NCBI GenBank assembly: GCA_001871415.1 | Contig: MNWW01000066.1 | Span: 2,091-66,090, forward strand | Reading direction: 5' to 3' | Length of the DNA: 64,000 nucleotides | From: Candidatus Woesearchaeota archaeon CG1_02_57_44 | GTDB taxonomy: Archaea > Nanobdellota > Nanobdellia > Woesearchaeales > CG1-02-57-44 | Part shown: piece after piece, positions 9,157 to 18,974 of the stretch | Layout of the letters: the number at the start of each line of letters is the position of its first letter | Numbering within the stretch: the stretch's first letter is position 1 | The notes under the pieces: model-generated | What the model was told of the DNA's origin: nothing | Databases searched by the model: none | The model's input: the letters and a program-made list of their open reading frames with translations, nothing else | Program-made: the position numbers and the translations under genes

Positions 9157-11041
9157 CCCAGCCCCTACATGCACAGCAGGTATGCCTTGGCAAGACAGAA
9201 GCAGGCCTGCTGAGGCCCGGTCGCTGCCCGTGCGAGCATGCGTTCGCGCCATGCGCGCCTACGAGCCCCCACTGGAAGAAAGGACAGGCATCCGCCTGGA
9301 TTTCAATGAGAACACCCGGGGCTGCTCACCGACGGTGCTTGCGGCCATCCGTTCCATGGACGGGCGCGACATCGCCCAGTATCCATCATATCGCGCACTG
9401 CTCACGACCATCAGCCGGACCCATGGCCTGGATATCGCGAGCGTCTTGCTCACCAATGGCGCCGACGACGCGCTGCGCGTCATCATGGACGCATGTGTCA
9501 GCGCCGGCGACACCATCCTCTTGCTGTCCCCCTCATTCAGCGTATACCAGACCTATGCGTCGTTGCGGGAGGCAGTGGTACGATGGGTCCCCTATGAAGA
9601 CAGCTTCGCGTTCCCCTTCACGTCGCTGCAGGACGCACTGAGATCACAGTCGCCACGACTCTGCATCATCGCCAACCCCAACAATCCCACGGGCACCACC
9701 ATCACGCCACAAGCCCTCCTCGGACTCACCGCCGCGAATCCCGCGACGCTGTTCATCATCGACGAGGCGTACGCTGACTTCTCCGGGCAGACCTGCCTTT
9801 CGCTCCCTCGACCAGAAAACATGTTCATTATCAGAAGCCTCTCGAAATCCTATGGACTGGCAGGACTGCGTCTGGGTTTTCTCGTCGCCGCACCAGCAAT
9901 CGCGACGCAGCTGCGCAAAGCCGCATCCCCCTACGCGGTGAACGTCATGGCCGTAAAGGCAGGCATCGCAGCGCTTGAAGACCGACAGTATCTCCGATCA
10001 TCCGTCAAGGAGGTCATAGAGAACCGGTCCTGGTTGCGCGCGCAGCTTGGCGTCAGAGGTATACACTCATACCCCAGCGAGGCTAATTTCCTTCTGGTCT
10101 CCAACAGCGCCATCGGCAGACGACGCGTCTCAGACATCCTCTCATCGCGAGGGATACGCACGCGGCGATTTCCTGAGCTCGGCTGTATCCGCGTCACCAT
10201 CGGCACTGCTCAGGAATGCGAAATGATATGCCTCGCGCTGGACGGCCGCGATAGCCGAGGAGCTCCTGACGCAGGCACACTACTCTTCGATCTGGATGGA
10301 ACCTTAATCGACATCAGCGCATCCTATTGGGAAGCCATACGCCAGACAGTGACGCAGTTCACCGGAAGGATCGTCTCCGACGATGAGATAACCGTCTATA
10401 AGAGCAAGGGAGGCATGAACAACGAGTGGGACCTGACCCAGACCATCCTCAGCAACAGCTGGACAGACGCGACACGTCGCATCACACGGACACCGCCGAG
10501 TCGCGAGACCATCATCGCGGCATTCCAACAGGCCTACTGGGACGACGGGCGAGGCCTTATCCTGCAGGAGAAACTACTCGCACCCATTGCGCTGCTCTCG
10601 TCGCTACGCACGTACTTCCGACTCGGCCTGGTCACGGGCAGACCCCGCAGGGAAACATCATTCACGCTGCGCCGGTTCGGCATCCAGGAACTGTTCAGCA
10701 CCATCATCTGCATGGAAGAATGCGCCCGCCAAAAACCAGACCCCTGCGGACTCAGACAAGCGATGAGCGCCACACCCGGACCATGGCGCTACATCGGCGA
10801 CTGCGTCGACGACATGCGCGCAGCGGCGCGAGCGGGCATCCCCTGCATCGGCATCACAACCGCGACACGAGCGCAGGCGTTACGCTTTGCAGGCGCAGCC
10901 GCCACGTATCCATCCGTCATCGCCCTTGGCAAGGATCTTATGGAGCTCGTGGAGCTCAGGCAGTGCCGCACTCCGTTACCTTCGTACCCACCAGCGACAA
11001 GACCTGCATCAAAAAGAACCGCAAGAGGATCGACCCCATGA
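9149..11041 (+). CDS. hisC: Histidinol-phosphate aminotransferase fused to a HAD-family phosphatase (probable histidinol phosphatase)
   Basis: LDFNEN, NGADD, NPNNPTG, DEAY, RSLSKSYGLAGLRLG; C-terminal FDLDGTL, VTGRP, KPDP, IGDCVDD. Confidence 0.92.
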   Translation: MSDPAPTCTAGMPWQDRSRPAEARSLPVRACVRAMRAYEPPLEERTGIRLDFNENTRGCSPTVLAAIRSMDGRDIAQYPSYRALLTTISRTHGLDIASVLLTNGADDALRVIMDACVSAGDTILLLSPSFSVYQTYASLREAVVRWVPYEDSFAFPFTSLQDALRSQSPRLCIIANPNNPTGTTITPQALLGLTAANPATLFIIDEAYADFSGQTCLSLPRPENMFIIRSLSKSYGLAGLRLGFLVAAPAIATQLRKAASPYAVNVMAVKAGIAALEDRQYLRSSVKEVIENRSWLRAQLGVRGIHSYPSEANFLLVSNSAIGRRRVSDILSSRGIRTRRFPELGCIRVTIGTAQECEMICLALDGRDSRGAPDAGTLLFDLDGTLIDISASYWEAIRQTVTQFTGRIVSDDEITVYKSKGGMNNEWDLTQTILSNSWTDATRRITRTPPSRETIIAAFQQAYWDDGRGLILQEKLLAPIALLSSLRTYFRLGLVTGRPRRETSFTLRRFGIQELFSTIICMEECARQKPDPCGLRQAMSATPGPWRYIGDCVDDMRAAARAGIPCIGITTATRAQALRFAGAAATYPSVIALGKDLMELVELRQCRTPLPSYPPATRPASKRTARGSTP

Positions 11042-11640
11042 GAACAGCGACCATGACCCGGACGACCAAGGAAACATCCATCACTGCGCGCATCAATATG
11101 GAAGGCGCAGGCACCGTCGACATCACCACACCCATCGGCATGCTCAGCCACCTGCTCAGTGCGCTGTGCACACATGCGCGATTCGACCTCACGCTCGACG
11201 CCGTGGGCGACGTCGATGTCGATCAACACCACACGGTCGAGGACTGCGGGCTGGTGCTCGGACAAGCCATCAGCAAGGCCCTCGGCCCGCGCGACGGCAT
11301 CGCTCGCGCAGGATGCTTCACCTTCCCCATGGATGAGGCGTTGGCTTTCGCCGCCGTGGACCTCTCGGGTAGGCCCGCCCTGCAATGGCAGGCATGCTTC
11401 CGACGTCGCTTCTGCGGCGGCCTGGATCTGGATACGCTGGAGGATTTCCTGCAGGGCCTGTCCAGAGGATTGCAAGGCGTCATCGCTGTGGACATCCTGC
11501 GCGGACGAAGCGATCATCACATGGCAGAGGCAGGATTCAAGGCGCTCGGAAGAGCGTTGCGCATGGCCTGCCAGGCACAGCCAGGAGGCAACAGCAGCAA
11601 AGGTATGATAGACCGCCTTGACAGCGGCGAGGAAACGTGA
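11038..11640 (+). CDS. hisB: Imidazoleglycerol-phosphate dehydratase
   Basis: RTTKETSI, GDVDVDQHHTVEDCG, PMDEAL, DLSGRP, DHHMAEAGFK; ATGA overlap with the hisC stop. Confidence 0.95.
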   Translation: MRTATMTRTTKETSITARINMEGAGTVDITTPIGMLSHLLSALCTHARFDLTLDAVGDVDVDQHHTVEDCGLVLGQAISKALGPRDGIARAGCFTFPMDEALAFAAVDLSGRPALQWQACFRRRFCGGLDLDTLEDFLQGLSRGLQGVIAVDILRGRSDHHMAEAGFKALGRALRMACQAQPGGNSSKGMIDRLDSGEET

Positions 11641-11671
11641 GCCGTGACCACAGATATCGGAAGAGGGACCC

Positions 11672-12352
11672 ATGAACACCACTAACACAAAAAAGAAAAC
11701 AGCCGTGTCGAACAGGACTGATAACAAGGATCGCCCGCAAAGCGAAATGCGGCCGACCATCGGCATCATCGACTACGGCGCGGGCAATGTGCGCAGCGTC
11801 AGCAACGCGCTAGACGCGCTTGATGCGCGCTGGCGTATCGTCGTTGACCGCGATGAGGCGCAGGACTGCTCTGCCCTGATACTGCCTGGCGTCGGTAGCT
11901 TCGGCTATTGCATGCAGCAGCTTCGCAGACGAAAGCTCATCGCACCCCTACGCTCCGGCATACCGCTGCTTGGCATCTGCCTCGGGATGCAAGTGCTTTT
12001 TGAGAGAAGCGAAGAGAGCCCAGGAGCCAAAGGCCTCTGCCTGCTGGCAGGCGCGGTCGAAAAGCTGCAAGCCAGAAAGGTCCCGCATGTAGGATGGAAC
12101 CAGGTCTCCATGAAACGACCCTGGCCCTCAGGCTACGCGTACTTCGTGCACTCATACTGCATCACAGGCGTAAACTCTGCTGAGGGAATCCATGACGCTG
12201 CGACAGCGCTTGGCACCACCCGCTACGGCACCTGTTTCCGCAGCGCGGTCACGCAGAGCAATGTGACAGGATTTCAGTTCCATCCTGAAAAAAGCGGCAG
12301 CTATGGCCTCGCCTTGCTACGGAGGTGGCTGACATGCTTGCCAAGAGGATAA
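11672..12352 (+). CDS. hisH: Imidazole glycerol phosphate synthase, glutaminase subunit
   Basis: IIDYGAGN, LPGVGSF, GICLGMQ, PHVGWN, YFVHSY, QFHPEKS. Confidence 0.95.
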   Translation: MNTTNTKKKTAVSNRTDNKDRPQSEMRPTIGIIDYGAGNVRSVSNALDALDARWRIVVDRDEAQDCSALILPGVGSFGYCMQQLRRRKLIAPLRSGIPLLGICLGMQVLFERSEESPGAKGLCLLAGAVEKLQARKVPHVGWNQVSMKRPWPSGYAYFVHSYCITGVNSAEGIHDAATALGTTRYGTCFRSAVTQSNVTGFQFHPEKSGSYGLALLRRWLTCLPRG

Positions 12353-13137
12353 TCCCCTGCCTGGACATCAAAGGCAACCGGGTCGTCAAGGGCACCCGCT
12401 TCGCGCAGCTGCGCGACGCTGGTGATCCCGGCTCGCTCGCGGCTTCGTACGCGGCGCAGGGCGCGGATGAGCTCGCGCTGCTGGACATCTCCGCGACAGG
12501 GGAGAACCGTGGCACATCGTTAGCTGTCGTGTCATCAGTGGCATCGCGCGCATTCATCCCGTTGCTCGCCGGCGGCGGTGTGCGTACGCTCGATGACATC
12601 CAGGCGCTGCTTCGCGCAGGGGCCGATAAGGTGGCCATCAACACGACAGCAGTGCTCAACCCACGGCTCATCACGCAGGCGGCGAAACGCTTCGGCAGCC
12701 AGGCCGTGGTGGTGGCGATTGACGCCCGACGGGCGAACCTGGACGGGCAGATGCCAGGAGCGACGCAACGCAATATCGCATGTAGGCAAGCAGCATGGCA
12801 AGTGGTCATCCGCGCTGGCAGCGAGCCGACACAACTTGATGCATTGTGGTGGGCGCGAATGGTGGAGCGCCTTGGAGCAGGAGAGATCCTGCTGACCAGC
12901 ATGGACCGCGACGGCACCCGGCTCGGCTATGACATCGCCCTGACGAGGACCATCGCCAGGGCTGTCAATATCCCCGTCATCGCGTCAGGCGGCGCATCCG
13001 GCAGCGCCAGCATCATCGCGGTGCTGCGGGAAGGCCGCGCTGACGCAGCGCTCGCAGCCAGCATCTTCCACTACGACAGAGCGCTTCCGAGAGTCAAACA
13101 GGAATTGAAGAACGCGGGAATCAGGGTGAGAACATGA
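12334..13137 (+). CDS. hisF: Imidazole glycerol phosphate synthase, cyclase subunit
   Basis: MLAKRIIPCLD..RVVKG, GADEL, GAGEILLTSMDRDGT, PVIASGG, ALAASIFH. Confidence 0.96.
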   Translation: MLAKRIIPCLDIKGNRVVKGTRFAQLRDAGDPGSLAASYAAQGADELALLDISATGENRGTSLAVVSSVASRAFIPLLAGGGVRTLDDIQALLRAGADKVAINTTAVLNPRLITQAAKRFGSQAVVVAIDARRANLDGQMPGATQRNIACRQAAWQVVIRAGSEPTQLDALWWARMVERLGAGEILLTSMDRDGTRLGYDIALTRTIARAVNIPVIASGGASGSASIIAVLREGRADAALAASIFHYDRALPRVKQELKNAGIRVRT

Positions 13138-14456
13138 TACTACCAAGCATAGACCTGATGGATGGCAAAGCAGTGCAGCTGCAGCAAGGCAAGACAAAAA
13201 TACTGGAGCGCGAAGATGTGATGGCGCTCGCCGAAGAGTTCTCACGCTATGGAGACCTCGCGGTCATCGACCTGGACGCGGCCAGAAGCATCAATGGCGA
13301 TGGGAGCGAACGCAAGGACAGCAATCGGGAACTGGTGAAGACATTGTGCCGACGCTACCCCTGCCGCGTTGGCGGAGGCATCCGGACACGCGCGGACGCG
13401 CAAGAGCTGCTCGCCGCAGGCGCGCGAAAGCTCATCATCGGCACTGCGGCTGAGCCGGGCCTGCTCTGCACGCTGCCACGAGAGCGGATTATCGTGGCGC
13501 TGGACGCGCTGCAGGGAAAAGTCACCAGCAATGGATGGCAACGCATCATCGAGGAATCTGTGTCCGCACGCGCGCAGCGACTTGAACAATACTGCAGCGG
13601 CTTCCTCTACACCTGCATCGAACGCGAAGGCATGCTGCAAGGTCCGGACTTGCAGACGGCACGTATGCTCGCGCGACAGACAATCAATAGGATAACGGTC
13701 GCAGGAGGCATCAGCATGGTAGTGGACGTGCGCGCCATCGCCGACGCAGACATGGACTGCCAGCTGGGCATGGCCATCTACACGGGTGCACTGTCGCTTG
13801 CCGACGCATTCATCAGCGCGCTGCGATTCCCGCAAGCAAAGGATGAACCATCGGCGACCAATGCACAATCCCGAACACCACTGAGCGTGACAACCGCAGC
13901 ACCACCAGCTGATGAAAGCAGCAGCGGCCTGCTGCCGACCATCGTCTGGGATGGCACCCAACCGCTCATGCTCGGCTATAGCTCGAAAGACTCGCTGCGC
14001 GCGAGCTTTCGCTCAGGCTTGGCGACGTTCTATTCCAGAAGCCGAAAAGAACTATGGGAGAAAGGAAAGACGAGCGGCAACACACTGCGTCTGCGACGTG
14101 TCGACTTCGACTGCGACCGGGACGCGCTGCTCTTCACCGTCGACCCGCAGGGGCCCACATGCCACACAGGAGGATGGTCCTGTTTTGATGAGCGCGCATT
14201 CTCCATCGCCCAACTGGAGGAGGTCATCAAAGAACGCATAGCGAGCGCTCCACCTGGCTCACGCACCGCGGCCTGGAGCATGCAGGATCTGCAGGATAAG
14301 ATCCGTGAAGAGGCGGATGAAGTGGCCTGCTTCACCAACAGGGAGAATCTCATCTGGGAGGCTGCGGATGTCACCTATTTCCTGACAGTCCTGCTCGCGC
14401 GGCAAGGGGTCGGCTGGAATGAGGTGCTCAACGAGCTTGCGAGGCGACGACGATGA
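13134..14456 (+). CDS. hisA: HisA-HisI-HisE fusion (ProFAR isomerase + PR-AMP cyclohydrolase + PR-ATP pyrophosphatase)
   Basis: N-term PSIDLMDGKAVQL, VIDLDAA, VGGGIR; middle SRSRKELWEKGKTSGN, DCDRDALL, GPTCHTG..SCF; C-term KIREEADE, EAADVTY. Confidence 0.9.
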   Translation: MILPSIDLMDGKAVQLQQGKTKILEREDVMALAEEFSRYGDLAVIDLDAARSINGDGSERKDSNRELVKTLCRRYPCRVGGGIRTRADAQELLAAGARKLIIGTAAEPGLLCTLPRERIIVALDALQGKVTSNGWQRIIEESVSARAQRLEQYCSGFLYTCIEREGMLQGPDLQTARMLARQTINRITVAGGISMVVDVRAIADADMDCQLGMAIYTGALSLADAFISALRFPQAKDEPSATNAQSRTPLSVTTAAPPADESSSGLLPTIVWDGTQPLMLGYSSKDSLRASFRSGLATFYSRSRKELWEKGKTSGNTLRLRRVDFDCDRDALLFTVDPQGPTCHTGGWSCFDERAFSIAQLEEVIKERIASAPPGSRTAAWSMQDLQDKIREEADEVACFTNRENLIWEAADVTYFLTVLLARQGVGWNEVLNELARRRR

Positions 14457-15697
14457 TACGATGCGACCCAGAGCAGATGACCCGAAAGCCACGCCTTCCT
14501 GACAGGGCCTTGCAGACACAGGTCCGCGACATCATCGACGATGTGCGCGCGCGAGGCGACGCCGCCGTGGACGAATATACCTTGCGCTTCGATGGTCGGA
14601 AGGGAACAGACGCATTGAAACCGCAGGAGATACGCGATGCTTTCTCCAGCCTCGATCGTCAGACACTCACAGACCTGAAAGAAGCCGCGGCACGCATAGA
14701 AGCATTCGCGCGATCGCAGATGCAGGCGGCTGAATCTTTGCGCCTCAGCGGCAGTGGGACAGGATCAGGAACCACGATGCTGCCGATCAACAGCGTCGGC
14801 TGCTACGTCCCTGGCGGCAGATATCCCTTGCCATCGTCAGCGCTCATGAGTGTCATTCCAGCCCGCGTCGCAGGGGTCGCCGACATCACCGTCTGTACGC
14901 CAAAACCCACGCCTGCGACCGTCGTCGCGGCATCGCTGGCAGGAGCGACACGCATCCTTCCTATCGGCGGGGCCCAAGCCATCGCAGCGATGGCCTATGG
15001 CACGGCCGACATACCCCGAGTGGAGAAGATCGTCGGGCCTGGCAACGCATATGTGACTGAAGCCAAGCGACAAGTCTTTGGTGAAGTGGACATCGATATG
15101 CTCGCTGGGCCATCCGAGCTGATGATCATCGCAGATAATAGCGCGGAGCCATCATGTATCGCAGCGGACCTGCTCGCGCAGGCAGAGCACGATGAGGACG
15201 CGCAGGTCTGGCTAGTGGCGACCGATGACGAGGTCATCAGCGAGGTCACGCGCTGTCTCGAGCGTCAGCTCACCGCATTGCCGGACACGCGGGTTGCACG
15301 CTCTGCCATGGTAAAAGCGCAGGTCTCTGTCGTGGATACGGATAGCGCGGTCACCATCGCGAACCGCATCGCGCCTGAGCACTTGGAGCTGCAAGCCAGG
15401 AATGCTGAAGCGATGGCGGCGCGATGCCGCGCGTATGGCTCGCTCTTCATCGGGGCCTGGTCAGCGGAAGTGCTCGGTGACTACTGCGCGGGCCCGAACC
15501 ACATCCTGCCCACCGGAGGCGCTGGCGCATATCGTGGAGGACTCAGCGTGATGGATTTCCTTGCGGTCAGGACCTGGCTGCGCCTTGACGAGCGACAGGC
15601 CCGTGAAGTATTGCCCTTGGCAGAGCGGTTAGCCCGCGTCGAAGGATTGGATGCGCACGCGAAGGCAGCGGGCAGGAGACTACGGCAAGACCCGTAA
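14453..15697 (+). CDS. hisD: Histidinol dehydrogenase
   Basis: GCYVPGG, GGAQAIAAMAYG, GPGNAYVTEAK, AGPSE, QAEHD, APEHL, GDYCAGPNHILPT. Confidence 0.96.
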   Translation: MIRCDPEQMTRKPRLPDRALQTQVRDIIDDVRARGDAAVDEYTLRFDGRKGTDALKPQEIRDAFSSLDRQTLTDLKEAAARIEAFARSQMQAAESLRLSGSGTGSGTTMLPINSVGCYVPGGRYPLPSSALMSVIPARVAGVADITVCTPKPTPATVVAASLAGATRILPIGGAQAIAAMAYGTADIPRVEKIVGPGNAYVTEAKRQVFGEVDIDMLAGPSELMIIADNSAEPSCIAADLLAQAEHDEDAQVWLVATDDEVISEVTRCLERQLTALPDTRVARSAMVKAQVSVVDTDSAVTIANRIAPEHLELQARNAEAMAARCRAYGSLFIGAWSAEVLGDYCAGPNHILPTGGAGAYRGGLSVMDFLAVRTWLRLDERQAREVLPLAERLARVEGLDAHAKAAGRRLRQDP

Positions 15698-15729
15698 TAT
15701 CATCGGGAAGAAACTTCATGACGCGGATA

Positions 15730-15739
15730 TATTTATAAT
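15730..15739 (+). promoter_or_regulatory. TATA box upstream of the pgm leader
   Basis: TATTTATAAT about 120 nt before the pgm ATG; SD-like GGAGG just before the ATG. Confidence 0.45.
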
Positions 15740-15857
15740 GCCAGTTCTCATTTTTCTCATCATACCTGTGGGGGCTGAAGTAGCGGATTGAATCCTAGGC
15801 ATCTAGTCAGCGCTCAGCTAATAGCAATCCAGAACAGAGACACCGGAGGCGACCATC

Positions 15858-17528
15858 ATGGCACATCATCCAAATGCAGGGCAACTAGCATCACCAAGCG
15901 ACTACGCCGACATCGGCGCGCTGTGCGGCGCGTATCAGAGCTGCAGTACAGGAGCCGTATCACCTGTGGTCTTTGGCACATCAGGCCATAGAGGCACATC
16001 GCTGGATGGCACATTCAATGAATCGCACATCCTCGCCATCACCCAGGCCATCTGCGACTATCGCGTCGCCCAGGGCATCGATGGTCCGCTCTATCTGGGC
16101 AATGATACGCACGCGCTCAGCGGGCCTGCCAAGCAGACCGCCCTTGAAGTGCTCGCCGCCAACAACGTGACGGTCATGGTGCAGGAGGGGACACCTGGTG
16201 AAGAGACCTATGTCCCGACTCCTGCGGTCTCGTATGCCATCCTGTCGCACAATCTCGATCCCGGCAAGGTGGGAACTGAAGGCGTTGCTGACGGCATCAT
16301 CATCACGCCTAGCCACAATCCTCCATGTGATGGCGGCTTCAAGTACAACCCGCCAAAAGGAGGCCCTGCCAATCCCGAATCTACTGCCTGGATACAGGAT
16401 CGCGCGAACGAACTTCTGCGCGGAGGCAACCGCGCTGTGCGAAGGACGGCGAATGCAAGCAAGATAAACGAGCTGACCCGACCCTACGATTTCGCAGGCA
16501 AGTATGTCGAAGGTCTGGCGAGCGTCATCGATGTGGAGGGGATACGTGCTTCGGGCATCCGTATTCTCGCCGACGCCATGGGCGGCGCAGGCATCGGATA
16601 CTGGGGGCGCATCGCCGAGGCATATGGGCTGAACATCACAGCACGCAATGACACTGCCGACCCCACGTTCTCGTTCATGACCCTTGATCATGACGGCCAG
16701 ATACGCATGGACTGCTCAAGCCCCTTCGCAATGGCAGGCATGCTGGCAGCGTTCAACCCTGAAGAATATGACATCGGCTTTGGCAATGACACGGATTTCG
16801 ATAGACACGGCGTCGTCACATCGCAAGGATTGATGAACCCTAACCATGTGTTGGCGGTGCTCACGGACTACCTGCTGTCCGCCCGTGATTTCGGCAATAT
16901 GAATCGGAACCAATCTGTGGCGACCCATGTCGGCAAGACCACGGTGAGCAGCGACATCAATGACCGTGTCATCCAAGCGCATGGCAGACGAATCCTGGAA
17001 GTGCTGCCGGGGTTCAAGTACTTTGTCGACGGGCTGCACTCCGGACAATTGGCGTTCGCTGGCGAGGAGAGCGCAGGCGCGAGTTTCCTTCGTACGGACG
17101 GCAGGGTCTGGACCACGGACAAGGATGGCATCGTGCCCTGCCTGCTCGCCGCAGAGCTGCATGCGCGCCGTGGACATTCACCTAGCACCCACTATCAGAT
17201 GCTCGAGGAGCGCTTCGGCAGGCATCATTACGAGCGCGTGGACATCCCAGCGACAGACGTGCAGAAGGCAGCGCTCAAAGGTGTGCAGCTCAGTGATGTT
17301 GATCTGGCGCAGTTGGGCGGCGATCCGGTATCCGGCAGGACCATCAGCATCGGTAATGATGCCATCGGCGGCTTCAAGCTACGCACGGCCAATGGTTGGG
17401 TGGTCGCGAGACCCAGCGGCACAGAAGACATCATCAAGATCTATGGCGAGTCGTTCATCGACAATGCTCATCTCGCACAGCTGCACGCTGACGCGCAGGG
17501 ATTGGTAGAACGATTAGCAGGAGACTAA
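15858..17528 (+). CDS. pgm: Phosphoglucomutase (bacterial alpha-D-glucose-1,6-bisphosphate-dependent type)
   Basis: FGTSGHRG, ITPSHNPP, DHDGQIRMDCSSP, DTDFDRH, GEESAG, RPSGTE. Confidence 0.93.
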   Translation: MAHHPNAGQLASPSDYADIGALCGAYQSCSTGAVSPVVFGTSGHRGTSLDGTFNESHILAITQAICDYRVAQGIDGPLYLGNDTHALSGPAKQTALEVLAANNVTVMVQEGTPGEETYVPTPAVSYAILSHNLDPGKVGTEGVADGIIITPSHNPPCDGGFKYNPPKGGPANPESTAWIQDRANELLRGGNRAVRRTANASKINELTRPYDFAGKYVEGLASVIDVEGIRASGIRILADAMGGAGIGYWGRIAEAYGLNITARNDTADPTFSFMTLDHDGQIRMDCSSPFAMAGMLAAFNPEEYDIGFGNDTDFDRHGVVTSQGLMNPNHVLAVLTDYLLSARDFGNMNRNQSVATHVGKTTVSSDINDRVIQAHGRRILEVLPGFKYFVDGLHSGQLAFAGEESAGASFLRTDGRVWTTDKDGIVPCLLAAELHARRGHSPSTHYQMLEERFGRHHYERVDIPATDVQKAALKGVQLSDVDLAQLGGDPVSGRTISIGNDAIGGFKLRTANGWVVARPSGTEDIIKIYGESFIDNAHLAQLHADAQGLVERLAGD

Positions 17529-17554
17529 TGGGCGGCAGATAACCCCGACCCGTT

Positions 17555-18784
17555 TCAGTCCTGTGCGACATCAGTCTCGAGAGCATGCGCGAGCTCCAGG
17601 CCCTCCAGCAAATCAGGCAGGGTCTCAAATGTCGCCCCATCGCGCACTACGTGCAGCGCGTCCTTGAATCCTGGGATATACGCGTAGCGGTTCGCGAGCG
17701 GCGCGTTGACATAAAGCGATGCGAACAATGCACCGGTCTGCGCCGCCTCAGCAGTATTGAGCGTGCCATCTCTCCATGCGTCCTGATGAGCCGCGATGTA
17801 GGCTATCATCCCAGCGCGGAATGAATCACCTGCGCCTACGAGATTGACACTGCCATCAAACAGGTATCTGCTGCTCACCTTAGTGAGGTCCCAAGAAGCA
17901 GGTCCGTGCCTGGTCGCGATGATGGCTCCGTCGGACAGGGTGATGCCGAACATACGCATGCCATGGTCATCTTCGGCACTGCCATCCCGCACCCAGTCCA
18001 TCGCCATCTGCAAGTAGGTATCGCACACGCGGCATGAATCACCTATGCCCGGCTCCTGCATCGCGCCATTGGCCTGCAGCACCAGCTTCGCCTCGTCACG
18101 CGAGACAAAGAATAAGTCTGTCTGCGGGACGATGCGCTCAAGGGACTGATATGCAGCATCGCCTTGCGCGAGCGTATGGATGTCCGCCATGGTGATCGCG
18201 CCACGCTCCTTTCGGCAATACTGCAGGAAATCAGCCAGGTCCTGGCCATCTCGCGCATCACCACCTTCAGACAGTCCGATGTACAAATAGGCCACGACCG
18301 CAGGATTTGATGACTCCACTGCAACGCGCATGGGAGAAAAGTGGAACGCATGATTCGCGTTGGGGTAATATGCTATCGCCGCGCGCTCATCGCCACCTTC
18401 CGCCTGATGGATGAAAGTCATGCCGGTCTTGGTTCCGGGGACAGCATGCAAGTCAAGGTAGACCCCTTCCTCAATCATACGCTGGGCAAAGTAGCTTGCG
18501 GTGAGGTCCAATCTATGCGCTCCATGCCACGGACCTTCACCAACCATGCCCGCGATGGCAGCACCCAGGCCTGCGCGCGCGATCAGCGGAGCACTGTTGC
18601 CGGGTCCACCAGGCGTCGCTCGTCTCTCTTCAATAACCTTCCTGAGCAGCCCTTCTGATATATCCGGCAGCTGAGTAGAAGACATCATGCACACTTCGCC
18701 AGGCGCGATGCCTTGCGTGACTTGAACGAATTTCGGGTCAGCGTAATCAACGACTAGTGTGTTGCAGTAGAGTGCGCCTATCAT
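17555..18784 (-). CDS. PfkB family carbohydrate kinase
   Basis: PGGPGN N-terminal motif and C-terminal NLVGAGDSFRAG. Confidence 0.8.
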   Translation of the reverse strand: MIGALYCNTLVVDYADPKFVQVTQGIAPGEVCMMSSTQLPDISEGLLRKVIEERRATPGGPGNSAPLIARAGLGAAIAGMVGEGPWHGAHRLDLTASYFAQRMIEEGVYLDLHAVPGTKTGMTFIHQAEGGDERAAIAYYPNANHAFHFSPMRVAVESSNPAVVAYLYIGLSEGGDARDGQDLADFLQYCRKERGAITMADIHTLAQGDAAYQSLERIVPQTDLFFVSRDEAKLVLQANGAMQEPGIGDSCRVCDTYLQMAMDWVRDGSAEDDHGMRMFGITLSDGAIIATRHGPASWDLTKVSSRYLFDGSVNLVGAGDSFRAGMIAYIAAHQDAWRDGTLNTAEAAQTGALFASLYVNAPLANRYAYIPGFKDALHVVRDGATFETLPDLLEGLELAHALETDVAQD

Positions 18785-18974
18785 GAGCGAGGGGAATCCT
18801 GTAGCGGTATTTATACGATGCGGAATCTATGGACATATTGGCTGTGCGGTTTGTCCACGATTGGTGATGAATATTCACTGATGAAGAATATCCTAGCGCT
18901 ATCCGGTACGATGCTGTATAAGATGAGGGGGAAGCAAAGATGACCACGGACAAGCGGCCATCAATTGAGCACTA

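Noticed and set aside
10426..11037. N-terminal 204 aa of the 404-aa track ORF
   Set aside because: Out-of-frame overlap with hisC-HAD; HisB homology starts at ATG 11038
10789..11769. 326-aa minus-strand ORF
   Set aside because: Antisense to hisB and hisC; no motif
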